From Eledone cirrhosa (lineage: Eukaryota), in the NCBI GenBank assembly GCA_964016885.1, contig OZ024745.1:102858001-102922000 (forward strand): 64,000 nt of DNA. The letters are read 5' to 3'. Of this stretch, positions 25,084 through 38,790 are shown piece by piece. The notes below the pieces were generated by a model. That model searched no databases, was not told the DNA's origin, and was given only the letters and a program-made list of their open reading frames with translations. The translations under genes were made by a program, and so were the position numbers. Position 1 is the first letter of the stretch. Every line of letters begins with the position of its first letter.

Positions 25084-25265
25084 CTTATGCAGTGTTTGAC
25101 TAAGTAAAATTAGTCTGTTAGTCGGGATTTAAAAAAACCCTTGAATAGAAAAAGGATGAGTATTGACATACATGGGACTGAACCATATAAGTCAATACTC
25201 ATCCTTTTTCCATTCAGAGTATTTTTTAAATCCCCACTAATTTTATGTAGTCAAATACGGCATAA
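25084..25265. repeat. Imperfect palindrome (~180 bp)
   Basis: GAAAAAGGATGAGTATTGAC...GTCAATACTCATCCTTTTTC inner arms; TTATGC..TTTGACTA / TAGTCAAA..GCATAA outer arms. Confidence 0.75.
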
Positions 25266-25266
25266 T

Positions 25267-25668
25267 ACTAGCAGGGGTTAGATGGGTTGTCCTGTTATGG
25301 GCAGTGTCCGGTTGGTTTACCTTGTCTTGCTCATACGGGAACTGATTCTGGCTTGATTTCTACAGCTGGATGCCCTTCCTAACACCAACCTCATTTACAG
25401 TGAGTGCTGGTGCTTTTTTTCCGTGGCGCCTACACGTCCACTTTACAGTGTGGGCTGCGTAATTTTTTGCCGTGGCACCTCCACGACCACTTTGCTGTGG
25501 AATGATAGGGACCCCAGTCCTATCATCTCATTTCTACAGCTGAGTAAACTGGAACAATTTGAAATAAAGTGTCTTGCTCAAGGAAACAACACATCACCCG
25601 GTCTGAGAATTGAACTCACAACCTTTCGATTGCAAGCCCAATGCTCTAACCACTAAGCCATGCGCCTT
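25267..25668 (-). mobile_element. SINE family A
   Basis: tRNA-like head (revcomp GGCGCATGGCTTAGTGGTTAGAGC..GAGTTCAATTC), CCTTGAGCAAGACACTT core and AGGAAGGGCATCC module. Confidence 0.85.
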
Positions 25669-26541
25669 TTATCTATATATAATGTTATAAATGTTATTGT
25701 TTTATCTATATATATAATTGTTTCTACTTTTGACACAAGGCCAGCAATTACCCAGTGCATTACTGGTACTTTATTTTATCGACCCCGTAAGGATGAAAGG
25801 CAAAGTTAACCTTGGCGGGATTTGAACTCAGATTGTTATATATTTGTTTGTTTTATCAATATATATAATTTTATATATGTGATAGTCTGCATTAGAATGC
25901 CAACTAATAGAAGATACAATATGAAAAGTAACTTTCACAAATTTCTTAGAATTTAATTCAATGTTAATATTTTTATTTTAACACTTTTGTAAATAAATCA
26001 TTAATGAATCCTGATATCTCATTATATAGTTAAGACATGTACTTCATAACTATGTAGTTTCGTGTTCAATCTTAGTGAATGGCATTTGTGAAAGTGTCTC
26101 CTCCTATACTCCTTTAGCCTTGGGCTGATCAATGCCTTGTGTATGAAATGTAAAGTGGTTAGTGATAGGAAGGCCATCCAGCTGTAGAAAACTAGCCAAA
26201 CAAAAGGGTCAGGAGGATGCTTCACGTATGGCAGACAACCTCCCTAGTGTTGGTGATCAGCATTATAAATACTCTTAGTACACACTGTAATGTGGTTGGT
26301 GATAGGAACAGCATCTGGCTGTAGAAACCCTACAAAACAAAATGTTAGGAAGACTCTTCAGCTAATCAAATACATGACTACTTTCATAGTGTTGGTAGAG
26401 TGCAGGATCATATGTCAGGTCACCAGTCTATCAGGAGGTCAGCAGCTTCGCTTGAGTACTGATGAGTTTCAGATGACACACAGCACAAGGTAGCAAGAAA
26501 GACAGATGTTAGACATTGATGATGATAGTTTATATATATAT

Positions 26542-26889
26542 ATCATCATCATCATCATCATCATCATTTTACGTCCACTTTTCCCTGCTTGCAAAGGTGG
26601 GATGGGAACTGATTCTGGCTTGATTTCTACAGCTGGATGCCCTTCCTAACACCAACCTCATTTACAGTGAGTGCTGGGTGCTTTTTTGCCATGGCACCTC
26701 CACGACCACTTTACAGTGGAATGATAGGGACCCCAGTCCCTATCATCTCATTTATACAGCTGAGTAAACTGGAGCAATGTGAAATAAAGTGTCTTGCTCA
26801 AGGAAACAACACATCACCCGGTCCGAGAATTGAACTCACAACCTTTCGATTGCAAGGCCAATGCTCTAACCACTAAGCCATGTGCCTCC
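26542..26889 (-). mobile_element. SINE family A, full length
   Basis: tRNA head, core, module and RTE tail (TTGCAAGCAGGGAAAAGTGGACGTAAAA(TGA)n). Confidence 0.9.
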
Positions 26890-28944
26890 ATGTAAATACA
26901 TATATAGTATCATCATTTTATGACTACTTTCCATGCTGGTATGAGTTGGAGTAATCATTACAGTCCAAGACTTGTTTGGTTAAGGAACCACATCAGAATG
27001 ACCTTCCTTATGGTAGCCACTTTACAGAGTGTTCTGGGTGCATGTTATCATTATACAAGTACTACAACTTCACAGAATGTACTGGGTGCATTTTATCATG
27101 ACACCAGCACTAATAATCTTTGGAGTGCACTGGTTGCATTTTATTGAGGTACCAGCACTACCACTATAGAGAGAGAGTTAGCAACCCCTTCTATGATGTA
27201 GCTTCCTCATTGGCTATGAGCAATGTACCCACTTGGATAGGGCATATTTGGACTTTGTAAACAGATAATAGCTGTTGACAACTGTAATAATTGTTTCTAC
27301 TTTAGGCACAAGGCCAGCAATTACCCAGTGCATTACTGGTACTTTATTTTATCGACCCCGTAAGGATGAAAGGCAAAGTCAACCTCGGCGGGATTTGAAC
27401 TCAGTTGGCCCACAGAATGAAACCCAACCTCATTTATCTATCACATTTACCAACTATTATACTTTATACTTGAATTCACCTCCACTATCTGTGACACCTT
27501 GATTAGCTTCTTCATATCTCTGTTGCAATCAACAAAATATACCTTTCTACCTCTATATACTATAAATCTACTGACCAACAAGAGAAAAAGATGGTATAGT
27601 CATGGCTTTGGTTATAGATCTGTTTGAACAAGACTGACCTGCTGCTAAACAACAAAACTCTACTAAGCAATTAGACAGCTTCTACAAAATCTTTTGATTA
27701 GCTCTCCAAAATCCTTCATTGAGGTTAGTAGAATTTCTGAGGCTGAAAATGACATACTTCTCCTTATGTTTGCAAGATTAAAAGATGGGCACATCAGACC
27801 AAAAGGTGATCTGCAGATTGACCTGATGAATTGAAATATCTGTTCGCTGTTTTGAAGAAACTCCAGATATGGTTACTGACATTAATGAGATCTTATAGGA
27901 AGTGGTCACTTGTATAGTGTCTCATTTCACTCATGAACAATGCTTTGCAGAACTTGCATGCATCAAGGTTGATTGATTGTTGGACAGTTTCATGGTTAGT
28001 GAATAGAAATAAAATGTGGAAAATAGTGATCTTAAATGGAAGGATTGTCAGATTGGAAGAATTTAATAAGGAAATTCTGTTCTTAAGTAGTGTTATTATT
28101 AACCCTGATGTAGTTCTAGATACCCTAAAATAATAGTCACATTTCTAGATACCCTAAAATAATAGTCACATTTCTTAGAAATACATGTGCAATGTTCTTA
28201 TGGCTTATACCTTCACAGGTTTCAACAGCTTTTTATGAGCTATATCATAAGAGGTTTCTTGGGTAGTTTAATGATAAGAATCCCAATGTTATCATGTCCC
28301 CACTTTCCCAGTGACCAGAAATGAGATTTGAACTCAGAACTGGAACAGATACTACAACACATCCCATCTAACATACAAACAATCTATTGCCCTGGATTAG
28401 TATTTTATTTATCAACCCTGCGAGCAAGACAATCACTCTTGCTTCAAGTGGGACTACCCCCATCCAAACCCATGCAAGCGTGGAACATGGACGTTAAACA
28501 TTGATGATGATGAAAGGATGAAAAGCAAAGGCAAAGTTGAGACTGCAGCAGGATTTAAACTCAGAGTGCAGAGAATGAGAACATATATCACAAGGAATTG
28601 AATCCAATGCTTTAATGACTGTTGATTTTTTTATTTATTATTTTTCCTTTTATTTTTAAATTACATGATGTCAAAAATTAGATCTTCAACCAATCGCCTA
28701 ATTGGAGTATCAGTCATAAATTGTACATTTAGTATACCAAGAGAGTGAATGCCAGGGAATTAGACATGTCAAATAATTAGCAATAGAACTTTTCAAAAGA
28801 TTCTACAATATTATGATATGGTTGGCAGGCATCATTTTTACACAAGTCAACAAGGTGGCTAAATGTTTAAGGCAATATTTTTTTATCTTGATTCATTATT
28901 AAGAATATAATGTTGTTTTACAAAATCTCTTTATACACACACAC

Positions 28945-28976
<32 letters not shown>

Positions 28977-29321
28977 TTCATTTTCATTTCATTTCATTTT
29001 ACGTCCGCTTTTTCCCTGCTTGCAAGGGTGGGACGGGAACTGATTTTTGGCTTGATTTCTACAGCTGGATGCCCTTCCTAACACCAACCTCATTTACAGT
29101 GAGTGCTGGGTGCTTTTTTGCCGTGGCACCTCCACGACCACTTTGCAGTGGAATGATATGGATCTCAGTCCTTATCATCTCATTTCTACAGCTGAGTAAA
29201 CTGGAGCAATGTGAAATAAAGTGTCTTGCTCAAGGAAACAACACATCACTCGGTCTGAGAATTGAACTCACAACCTTTCGATTGCAAGGCCAATGCTCTA
29301 ACCACTAAGCCATGTGCCTCC
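28977..29321 (-). mobile_element. SINE family A, full length
   Basis: Closely similar to 26542-26889. Confidence 0.9.
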
Positions 29322-29327
29322 ATATAT

Positions 29328-30011
<684 letters not shown>

Positions 30012-31052
30012 TATATGCACACACACACGCACAATCAATTGAGTAAAATTTGATAAAAGAATGATAACAATAAAAGACAGAAATTTTTCTATTTCTGAAA
30101 GAAAAGGTTATATGCTTCATGATCAGACAGTCTCTAAGAAGTGTGGAGCCCAATTTACAACATTTTTGTTTTGAAGTGCCCTGGGTTTATTAAAACAAAA
30201 TTAATTCAAAATTGATTAATTAATACAAAATTTAGATACACAAAAGATGTATGTACATCTTCCTAATTTTTTTTATTTGTTTGTGAATTAGGTTTTAGTT
30301 TGTTTATTAGTGAAAGGAGGAGGGATAGAACCCATGGTTCTTTTTTGTAGGGCCTCCCAGACTAATAAGATTGATGTGGTTGGTGTTCACTTTTAATAAC
30401 TGCTGATTGACATTGAAGAAAATGTAAGCGGAGACAGAAATCTTGTGAACTGGCAAAAATGGGTTAGAAAAAATGTTTGAGATTTGTGATGAGAGGGAAA
30501 TACAGTAGACACGCTGAGAGGCAGAGAGATGAGTATGTTATATATGTTGGTGTGCATGCACACACACGCACATGCACACACACATGCTTGATTAAGCAAG
30601 TTTCATTTGTCAAAGAGAAGAGCTCTGAATATAATGAATATAGAGTTGATTTATGCATTTTATAACAAATACAGAATCCCTTTAAAAAGAATTATGTATA
30701 TATAAATATATATATGTGTGTGCATGTGTGTGTGCTAAAGAGAAGACTGGTTTGGTATGGACATGTGATGCACATGGAAAATATATGAAGAAATGCAGGG
30801 AAATCTCAGTAGATGAGACCTGTGAAATAGATCAAGGAAGACATTAGATGAAGTGATGGTGAACTAGATATAGTTAAAGTCCATGAGATGTAGTACTGGA
30901 GAAGACCTGCCTATTAAAATATGCTATAGTTTCTGCTGAACTGTTCATATCCTAACCCCACATTTTATTAGAGATCACTCCCACCCCATGTCTCCTCCAC
31001 TGTACAGTCCATGTCACCCTCACTGTAACTCCCACTCTATTCAAACTCGCAC

Positions 31053-31114
<62 letters not shown>

Positions 31115-31639
31115 TATGTTTACTGTTTCCATCAGTTAAATTTAGCTAGCTCAGGTCTAGTATAAAATGTATAAAACACTCACCTAGATGCTGTGCAGTG
31201 AAATTGAACCAGGACCTCTGATATGAAGCACACTTTTTAACCAAACAGTCATGCCTACACCAAACTATACAAGTATTATTGTCTTTCTTTCATACATACA
31301 TTTGATTTAAATGCTGGGTTCTTAACACATACAGTTAACTTGTTTCTCACAATATTTATTGACACTGATATGATGAATTCTTCATTAATTTCAACAATGA
31401 TCATTTGGTTATTTAATCAACTGAATGTCAAGCTCATCAATTTCACAGACCCCTGTATACTTAACATATCTAACAGACATCTACACAGTTTTCTGTCCAT
31501 CTAGTTTTGCTCACAAGGCTTAGATCAACTCAAAGTTGTGGTAAAAAATATTTGCCCAAATGCTACACAGTGGTCATAGTAGTTACTTAGAAGTGCTAGA
31601 GGAGAAGGGGTACATGGTGATGGTTCAGGTCACATTTTA

Positions 31640-31990
31640 TGATGGAAGGTAGGTCTTCTCTAGTACAGCATGTCATCAATTCTTGTGATCGTTTGTCATC
31701 TCTGTTGTGAGATTCAGTTTTTTAATGTCAGTCTTCATTACTTCATCCCATGTTTTCCTGGGTCTGCCACTTCTACAGGTCCCAACCACTGGGATTTCTC
31801 TGCATTTCTTTATACAGCTGTCATCTTCCATACACATCACATGTCCTTACCAATACAGTTTGCTCTCTTGCACACTACATCCAATTTCTCTTATGCCAAG
31901 TTTTTCTCTCAGCTCACTTATGCTATGTCATTCATGCACACTAACTTTACACATCCATCAGAATATACTCACTTCTTTTCTTTCTAGTGT
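31640..31990 (-). mobile_element. Degraded RTE 3' fragment
   Basis: The reverse complement resembles ..WYW.GHVMCMEDDSCIKKCREIPVVGT..GRPRKTWDEV. Confidence 0.7.
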
Positions 31991-32107
31991 ATCATAAAAA
32001 ACATTTTTCAGTGTATCAAAACAGATACTAAATTTTAAAAGCCCTTGCTTCATATTTAATCCAACACTCAATGCAATTTATGCATGTGTATGTGTGTGTG
32101 TGTGTGT

Positions 32108-32592
32108 ATCATCATCATTTAATGTCCATTTTCCATGCTAGCATGTGTTAGACGGGTTGTCCCATTAGAGACAGGTTGGGTCGGGCGACCGTGTCTTGCT
32201 CATGCAAAACTGTTTCTGGCTAAGTTTCTACGGCTGGGTGCCCTTCCTAATGCCAACCACATTTACAGTGTGTGCTGATTGCTTTTTGTCATGACTCCTA
32301 CATGACCACTTTACAGTGTGGGCTGGGTGTTTTTTGTCATAACACCTACACAACCACCTTACAGTGTGATCAGAGTACTTTTTGTTGTGACACACCCACA
32401 TGACCACTTTACAGTGTGGGCTGGATGCATTTTGTTGTGATACCAACATAATGTAACAGTGTAAGCAAGATGTGGCCAGAAGTGGGTGGGTGGAGATATA
32501 GTGGTTAAGAGGTTCCTACTAGATGTATGTTTGAGTCTGTGCTCACGGAAATGTGTGTCTTCTGTATTACTGCGTAACGCCAAAGATCTCGA
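32108..32592 (-). mobile_element. 5'-truncated RTE: ORF end plus module-containing 3'UTR
   Basis: RDLWRYAVIQKT coding sequence (32590-32555), then a spacer homologous to 15370-15500, tandem modules, AGGAAGGGCACCC and a stem-loop tail with (TGA)n. Confidence 0.8.
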
Positions 32593-33292
32593 TATATATA
32601 TATGTGTGTGTGTATCTATTTATGTATGCATATGTATGTGTCTGTGTGGGTAAGAATGTTATATTAATATGCAGAAAAGATGATGATTTCGCCAAAATGA
32701 AACTGTTTGAAATAACCTAATTAGACTATTGGAGTAAGACAGTCATTATTGACACATATTGACATATATGTATGTATAATATCTACTCATATGCCAAGAC
32801 AAGTTTATTAGTCTGTTCAGAGCCTAACCTAACATCATCAAATGCAGAGAATTTAGTTTTGATAGATTCAGAATGACATCAATCAAATAAGTTAAGTAAA
32901 AGTATAAGTGTGGACCAAGCTTGACACTATTTACTTTGAACAAAAGCTTAACTCTTTACAGACTAGTATATATGCTGATTAGAATTTGCATTCATTCATT
33001 GAAATGCAAGCATTCTACAAATATTAAAATATGATATTCATGTCAGCAATGTAGCAAACTCATAAAATTCACCTGACATACACACATACATTTTTAACAA
33101 CCTTGGGTGCCTTTAATGAAGTCCACTCACAATGCTACGTATCAAGTTCTTTCAAGTAAAAAGAATGACGTGTAGAGAGGGGGGGGGGGGGGAATCATCC
33201 CTAATATTTGACAACCATATAAGGATAACCTTGGCAGAATTTAAAATCTGTATACATAGGTGTGTAGGTGTGTATGAGGTTCAGCTTCTTAA

Positions 33293-33727
33293 CCCTTTAG
33301 CATTTAAACTGATTGTATCTGGCCAGAATTCTCTCACCTCTTTCTGTTCAAACTGACCGTAACTGGCTTCTCATACTGATGTTAAGGTATTGTTCTCAAA
33401 ATAAATAACATCAAAATCTCATAGATTTGATATCATGTGAGATATTATGTGAGGCAAAGCTTTTACCATGAAAATCTAATAGTAAATATAGAATAATTGT
33501 TTCTACTTTAGGCACAAGGCCAGCAATTACCCAGTGCATTACTGGTACTTTATTTTATCGACCCCGTAAGGATGAAATCAAAGTCAACCTCGGCGGGATT
33601 TGAACTCAGATTGTAAAGGGACGTAACTATGCTGGAAAGCATGGCGTCCGACCTTCTACCGATACTGCCAATCCACCACCGCCTTATAGAAATATAGTAA
33701 ATATAGAATAATGTTATTACTAAAGGG
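33293..33727. mobile_element. piggyBac-type MITE (~220 bp) interrupted by a SINE B
   Basis: TTAA|CCCTTTAGCATTTA ... TACTAAAGGG|TTAA; TTAA TSD and CCC termini. Confidence 0.85.
33498..33693 (-). mobile_element. SINE family B with 19-bp TSD
   Basis: ATAGTAAATATAGAATAAT is duplicated at 33479-33497 and 33694-33712. Confidence 0.9.
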
Positions 33728-33761
33728 TTAAGGTTGGTCTTCATTACTTTATTTCAAGTTA

Positions 33762-33946
33762 TGGGTGGTGAATTGGCAGTATCGGTAGAGGGTCATGCTT
33801 TCTAGCATAGTTATGTCCCTTTATGGTCTGAGTTCAAATCCCACCGAGGTTAACTTTGCCTTTCATGCTTACGGGGTCGATAAAATAAAGTACCAGTAAT
33901 GTACTGGGTAATTGCTGGCCTTGTGCCAAAAAGTAGAAACAATTAC
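33762..33946 (+). mobile_element. SINE family B
   Basis: Family B sequence. ATTACTTTATTTCAAGT occurs on both sides (TSD-like). Another copy lies at ~34217-34425. Confidence 0.85.
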
Positions 33947-34584
33947 TTTATTTCAAGTCTTCCTGGCTCTGCCTCTTCCACAAGTCCCATCCACTGCGAT
34001 TTTTCAGAATTGTTTATATAGCTCTCATCTTCCTATACCATTGCATACTTCTCTCTTGCACACAGCATCAGATCCCTTTTAAGGTTATTATCTCAGCTCA
34101 TTTATGCTACTCCATTCATGCACACTAATATTGCACATCTACTGGTGGAGCATGATTGTTTTTCTAGACTTCACAAGTCTTCTGACCTTGTGCTTAAATT
34201 AGAAATCATTATGTATATTGGCAGTATCAGTAGAGGGTCGGACGCCATGCTTTCCAGCATAGTTACGTCCCTTTACGATCTGAGTTCAAATCCCACCGAG
34301 GTTAGCTTTACTTTTCATCCTTATGGAGCTCAATAAAATAAAGCACCAGTAACACACTGGGGTCGACTTAATAGACTTTCCCTTGCCCCAAATTGTCGAC
34401 CTTGTGCCTTGATCAGAAATCATTATGTATATTCACATACTTATTTTATATACACATATTTAACCACTCACATATATGCACATTTACAAATGCAACCTTC
34501 CAATGCTATATAAATATTTTTTCTTATCTCTAAAATTATGATACTAATCATTAGTTGTGAATATTTTTCATTACAAATAGAAGA

Positions 34585-34745
34585 TTTCGTCGTATTTTTG
34601 ACTAAAGAAATTTCAGCCTGATAGTGGGGTTTAGCGCCCTCTAAGAAATGGAAAAAGATGAGTTACTCATCTTTTTCTATTTCTTAGAGAGTTCTAAACC
34701 CCACTATCAGACTAAAATTTCTTGTTTTCGAAAATATGGCGAAAG
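34585..34745. repeat. Palindrome upstream of the TM exon
   Basis: CTGATAGTGGGGTTTAG..CTCTAAGAAATGGAAAAAGATGAGT-T-ACTCATCTTTTTCTATTTCTTAGAG..CTAAACCCCACTATCAG. Confidence 0.85.
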
Positions 34746-34840
34746 CTTCTATTTCTATTTTCAAACTCTCTCGCTGTTTCACAACATACTTTTCATTATA
34801 TTTAAAAAATCTATTTTCTCATCAAAATACATTTTTCCAG

Positions 34841-34969
34841 ATAGAGAGTGTTAAATTGAAGCAATTGAATGCAGATGCCCTTGCCCGCTACATGGACACA
34901 GGATTTACTATAGCAATTGCATTGACCACTGTAGGAGGACTTTTATGTCTTGTTCTTCTTGTATTACAG
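34841..34969 (+). CDS. Receptor PTP exon: transmembrane helix
   Basis: TTTTTCCAG| ... CAG|GTATGT, 129 bp, phase 0/0. IESVKLKQLNADALARYMDTG-FTIAIALTTVGGLLCLVLLVLQ. Confidence 0.9.
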
Positions 34970-35169
34970 GTATGTAAATACTTTTTCTTCACTTCAATAA
35001 TGTTGAAACATTGTTTGCACTATTTTTATATGTCAGTTATTTAAAAATGTAAAAGTGAGAATTAATTAAAACAATAACAAAATAAAAACAAATATATGCA
35101 TTCCATGCTTATTTAGAAATCTCTGCCAAAATGTTTCTCCATAAGCTACTGATTTCTAGTCCCATTTAA

Positions 35170-35390
35170 CACATTAGCATTTAAACGGACCATATCCGGC
35201 TAGAATTCTCTCACCCCTTTCTGTTCAAACCAGCTATAACCAGCTGCTCATACTGATGTTAAGATATTGTTCTCAATATAAATAATATAAAAATCTCGTA
35301 GATTCAATATTATATGAGATAATTATGTGAAATAAAGTGTTTGCCATGAAAATACAATAGTATATATAGAGTAATATAAATGCTAAAGGA
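35170..35390. mobile_element. piggyBac-type MITE
   Basis: TTAA-flanked, with the same internal sequence (GAATTCTCTCACC..TTCTGTTCAAAC) as 33293. Confidence 0.8.
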
Positions 35391-36197
35391 TTAAATATTC
35401 TAAATCAAAAGGAAAATATCGTTTGGCATCACTTCATATGGATGGTGATTGTTGGGTGAAAAAATTTCAGAAGTTTTTCATAGAAGAGAGATATGAAAGA
35501 GGTAGACTGTGGAAAACACAGACAATAGTAACAAAGGCTGATTTCAAAGCAGATGACAAAGAAAAAGAACAATTAGAAGGACATTGTTCTGGAATATATT
35601 TGTCTAACCAATGCAAGCATGGAAAAATGGACATAAAAATGATAATACATTTTTTAAATGTCAGATTTTCCTTGAAAGAAAAGTTGAGCTGTTAATGTTA
35701 TTAAGATCTAGCAGTAAATTCCTAACAAGATTTTTTTCTAATATTTGCTAGTAAAAGCATGAACACAAAAGAACTAGTCTTTACAATGCTTCCTAATCTT
35801 TACATAATAAAATGCAAAAGAGTTTGATTGATTATTTTACTTTAGATTTGAGTACCCTGGAGATAAAATATATCTAACATTTCAGGCAGAAACCATCATT
35901 TTACTTCATTGGTTTGTGTTTTTGTTACTGATTTGACTTTTAGCAGTTTAAATCACTAACAAGTCTCTTCAAATTCTAATGATTAGATTTGATTCTTAGA
36001 TGAGTTTCAAGAGAAATCACACCAGCACAACATTAACACTTTCATTTTTTTTAAATATCACACTGGATAATTATACAAGTTATAACTAAACTATAATGCA
36101 TTACATTTTTGTATTTGCAAGATCCTCGATGTGAAAATAAGTGTTGAAATATATATTGTTGTATCTTAGGAGAATCATGCTGCCAAATAAAACACAT

Positions 36198-36446
36198 GCA
36201 CTAGTTCAATTTTACTTCAATTTTATTATTAATCAGGTAATTACTGGTTAACCAACTAATTAATTAATTTCCAAGAGGTAGAATAATCCTGTGACAAAAG
36301 GAGATACAAGGTAGAATAATCCTTGATAAGGTTACAGCTTGTGACAAAAGGACTTTAGTAAGTAATTAATTAGTTCATTAATCAACTTACTGGTGGATTA
36401 ATTACCTGATTAGTTATAAAACTAAAGTAAAACTTAACCAGTGTGT
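36198..36446. repeat. Inverted-repeat element with internal direct repeats
   Basis: TAATCAGGTAATTA..ACTAATTAATTA / TAATTAATTAGT..TAATTACCTGATTA arms. AGGTAGAATAATCCT and TGTGACAAAAGGA are each duplicated inside. Confidence 0.6.
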
Positions 36447-36825
36447 GTGTGTGTAATAACAATCATACAAAAATTAATATACTATATATTAGAAACAAAA
36501 TAAAATCCCCATAGATTCTGAAGAATTCAGTAACAGTTGGCATTGACAGCTAATACAGCTAATAATACATCAAAGTTGACTTCAATTTATGATATTCTTT
36601 TATTCTTTTCCTGGTTTCATATGACTATGGCCCTACTGGGGCACCAACTTGAAGGGTATTAGTCCATGATGTATTTTACAAATGTCTGGTATTTATATTG
36701 ATCACAATTTATTGAACAACTAAGTAAATATACGCATACACAATGCATACATACACACACACATATACATATAGTTCAAGGATAAACAAGACAAACACAG
36801 TCTTCTTTTTATTATTATCATTATT

Positions 36826-37188
36826 CGGTAGAGAGTCAGACGCCATGCTTTGCAGCATAGAATTACGATCCTTTATGATCTGAGTTCAAATCCCGCCGAG
36901 GTTAACTTTGCCTTTCATCCTTACGGGGTCGATAAAATAAAGTACCAGTAATAAACTGGTATAATTGCTGGCCTTGTGCCAAAAGTAGAAACAATTATTA
37001 TCATTATTCGGTGGAGGGTTGGATGCCATGCTTTGCAACATAGAATTACGACCCTTTATGATCTGAGTTCAAATCCTGCCGAGGTTAATTTTGCCTTTCA
37101 TCCTTACAGGGGTCGTTAAAATAAGGTACCAGTAATACACTGGGATAATTGCTGGCCTTGTGCCAAAAGTAGAAACAATTATTATTAT
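36826..37188 (+). mobile_element. Two tandem SINE B copies
   Basis: Two ~180 bp units, each preceded by ATTATTATCATTATTCGGT. Confidence 0.88.
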
Positions 37189-37221
37189 ATGTATATACAC
37201 ACACACACACACACACACATA

Positions 37222-37254
<33 letters not shown>

Positions 37255-37345
37255 ATGTAGGAGGTGAGTTTTATTGTAGTACAATAAAGCAATGCAGATA
37301 TCGGATAAGAAGCACTCTACAGTTTGTAGGACTGGAGTATACATA

Positions 37346-37477
37346 ATATATAAGAACAAAAGATGGTTAAAAGAGTTCCATGTATTTTATTATGCGCATT
37401 TCAAAATGATATTTGTTTTTGAAATGCGCATAATAAAATACATGGAACTCTTTTAACCATCTTTTGTTCTTATATAT
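37346..37477. repeat. Perfect 61-bp inverted repeat with 10-nt loop
   Basis: 37346-37406 is the exact reverse complement of 37417-37477. Confidence 0.92.
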
Positions 37478-38139
37478 ATATATGTATATGTGTGTGTGTG
37501 TGTGTGTGTGTATTTACATATACACATCATGAGTTTCTGCACAGTTTCTATCAAATTTCACTCACAAGGCATTAGTCAACCTGAGGTTATAGTAAAAAAC
37601 ACTTGCTCAAGGTGTTATGCAGTGGGACTGAAGTCATAAAAACTTATTTTATTTTCTTCATTTATTATGTTGCTTCTCGCTATAAATATGAAAGTAATAT
37701 TTTTTAACCACTTAGTCAGGAAGGAAAGGACAGCACCCTTAAACCTTCAGGTTCTACAAAATTGGTAGATGGATGTTACCTTCAAACTGGAAACCTGAAA
37801 CAAATGCTTGCAACAGAGTGAGCTCTGCTAAAAGAATCAAGTCCCAGATCACAAAGAGCCTGAACAAATATGACAAGGGATTCAAACCAACATTCAAACA
37901 ATTCTGTTATGTCGCCACCCTTGACTTGTACTTCATTTTAACAACTCTGAAAGGATGAAAGTCAAATTTGCTCTCACTGAGATTTGAACTCAGAGAATTG
38001 AGATCCAGCTCAGTTACTGCATCTGAATATGGGATATGTTTAATAAACATGAGTTGCATATACATAGTTATTTATAACTATTTTGGGAATTGTTTGAATA
38101 ATAGGAAACATAAAACTGATTGTAGTAAAGTACATATAT

Positions 38140-38474
38140 CATTTCATTCATCCTTTCATTTTACGTCCGCTTTTTCCCTGCTTGCAAGGGTGGGACGGGA
38201 ACTGATACTGGCTTGATTTCTACAGCTGGATGCCCTTCCTAACACCAACATCATTTACAGTGAGTGCTGGGTCCTTTTTTGCCGTGGCACCTCCACTTTG
38301 CAGTGGAATGATATGGACCCCAGTCCCTATCATCTCATTTCTACAGCTGAGTAAACTGAAGCAATGTGAAATAAAGTGTCTTGCTCAAGGAAACAACACA
38401 TCATCCAGTCTGAGAATTGAACTCACAACCTTTCGATTGCAAGGCCAATGCTCTAACCACTAAGCCATGTGCCT
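38140..38474 (-). mobile_element. SINE family A, full length
   Basis: Same architecture as 26542-26889. Confidence 0.88.
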
Positions 38475-38790
38475 ACATTATATATAGATAAAATTGTATG
38501 TACAAGTGTGTATGTGTATGTGTGTAAATATACATAAATATACATAGACATATAACCGTATAAGCAGAGAAAATAGGCATTAAATGGTGATGATAATGAT
38601 ATATATATATATAATATATATATATATATAATATATATATATATATATTTTACGTCTGCTTTTCTCTGCTTGCAAGGATCATGATCATGATCATCATCAT
38701 CATCATATATATCTGTGTGTGTGTGTATGTATGTGTGTGTGTTTCTGTGTGTATATACATACTTACTGACAAAAAATTCTATCATTTCAG

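Noticed and set aside
26770-26889. tRNA genes at SINE heads
   Set aside because: A/B-box-like sequences continue into SINE bodies and lack a complete acceptor stem, so they are SINE heads.
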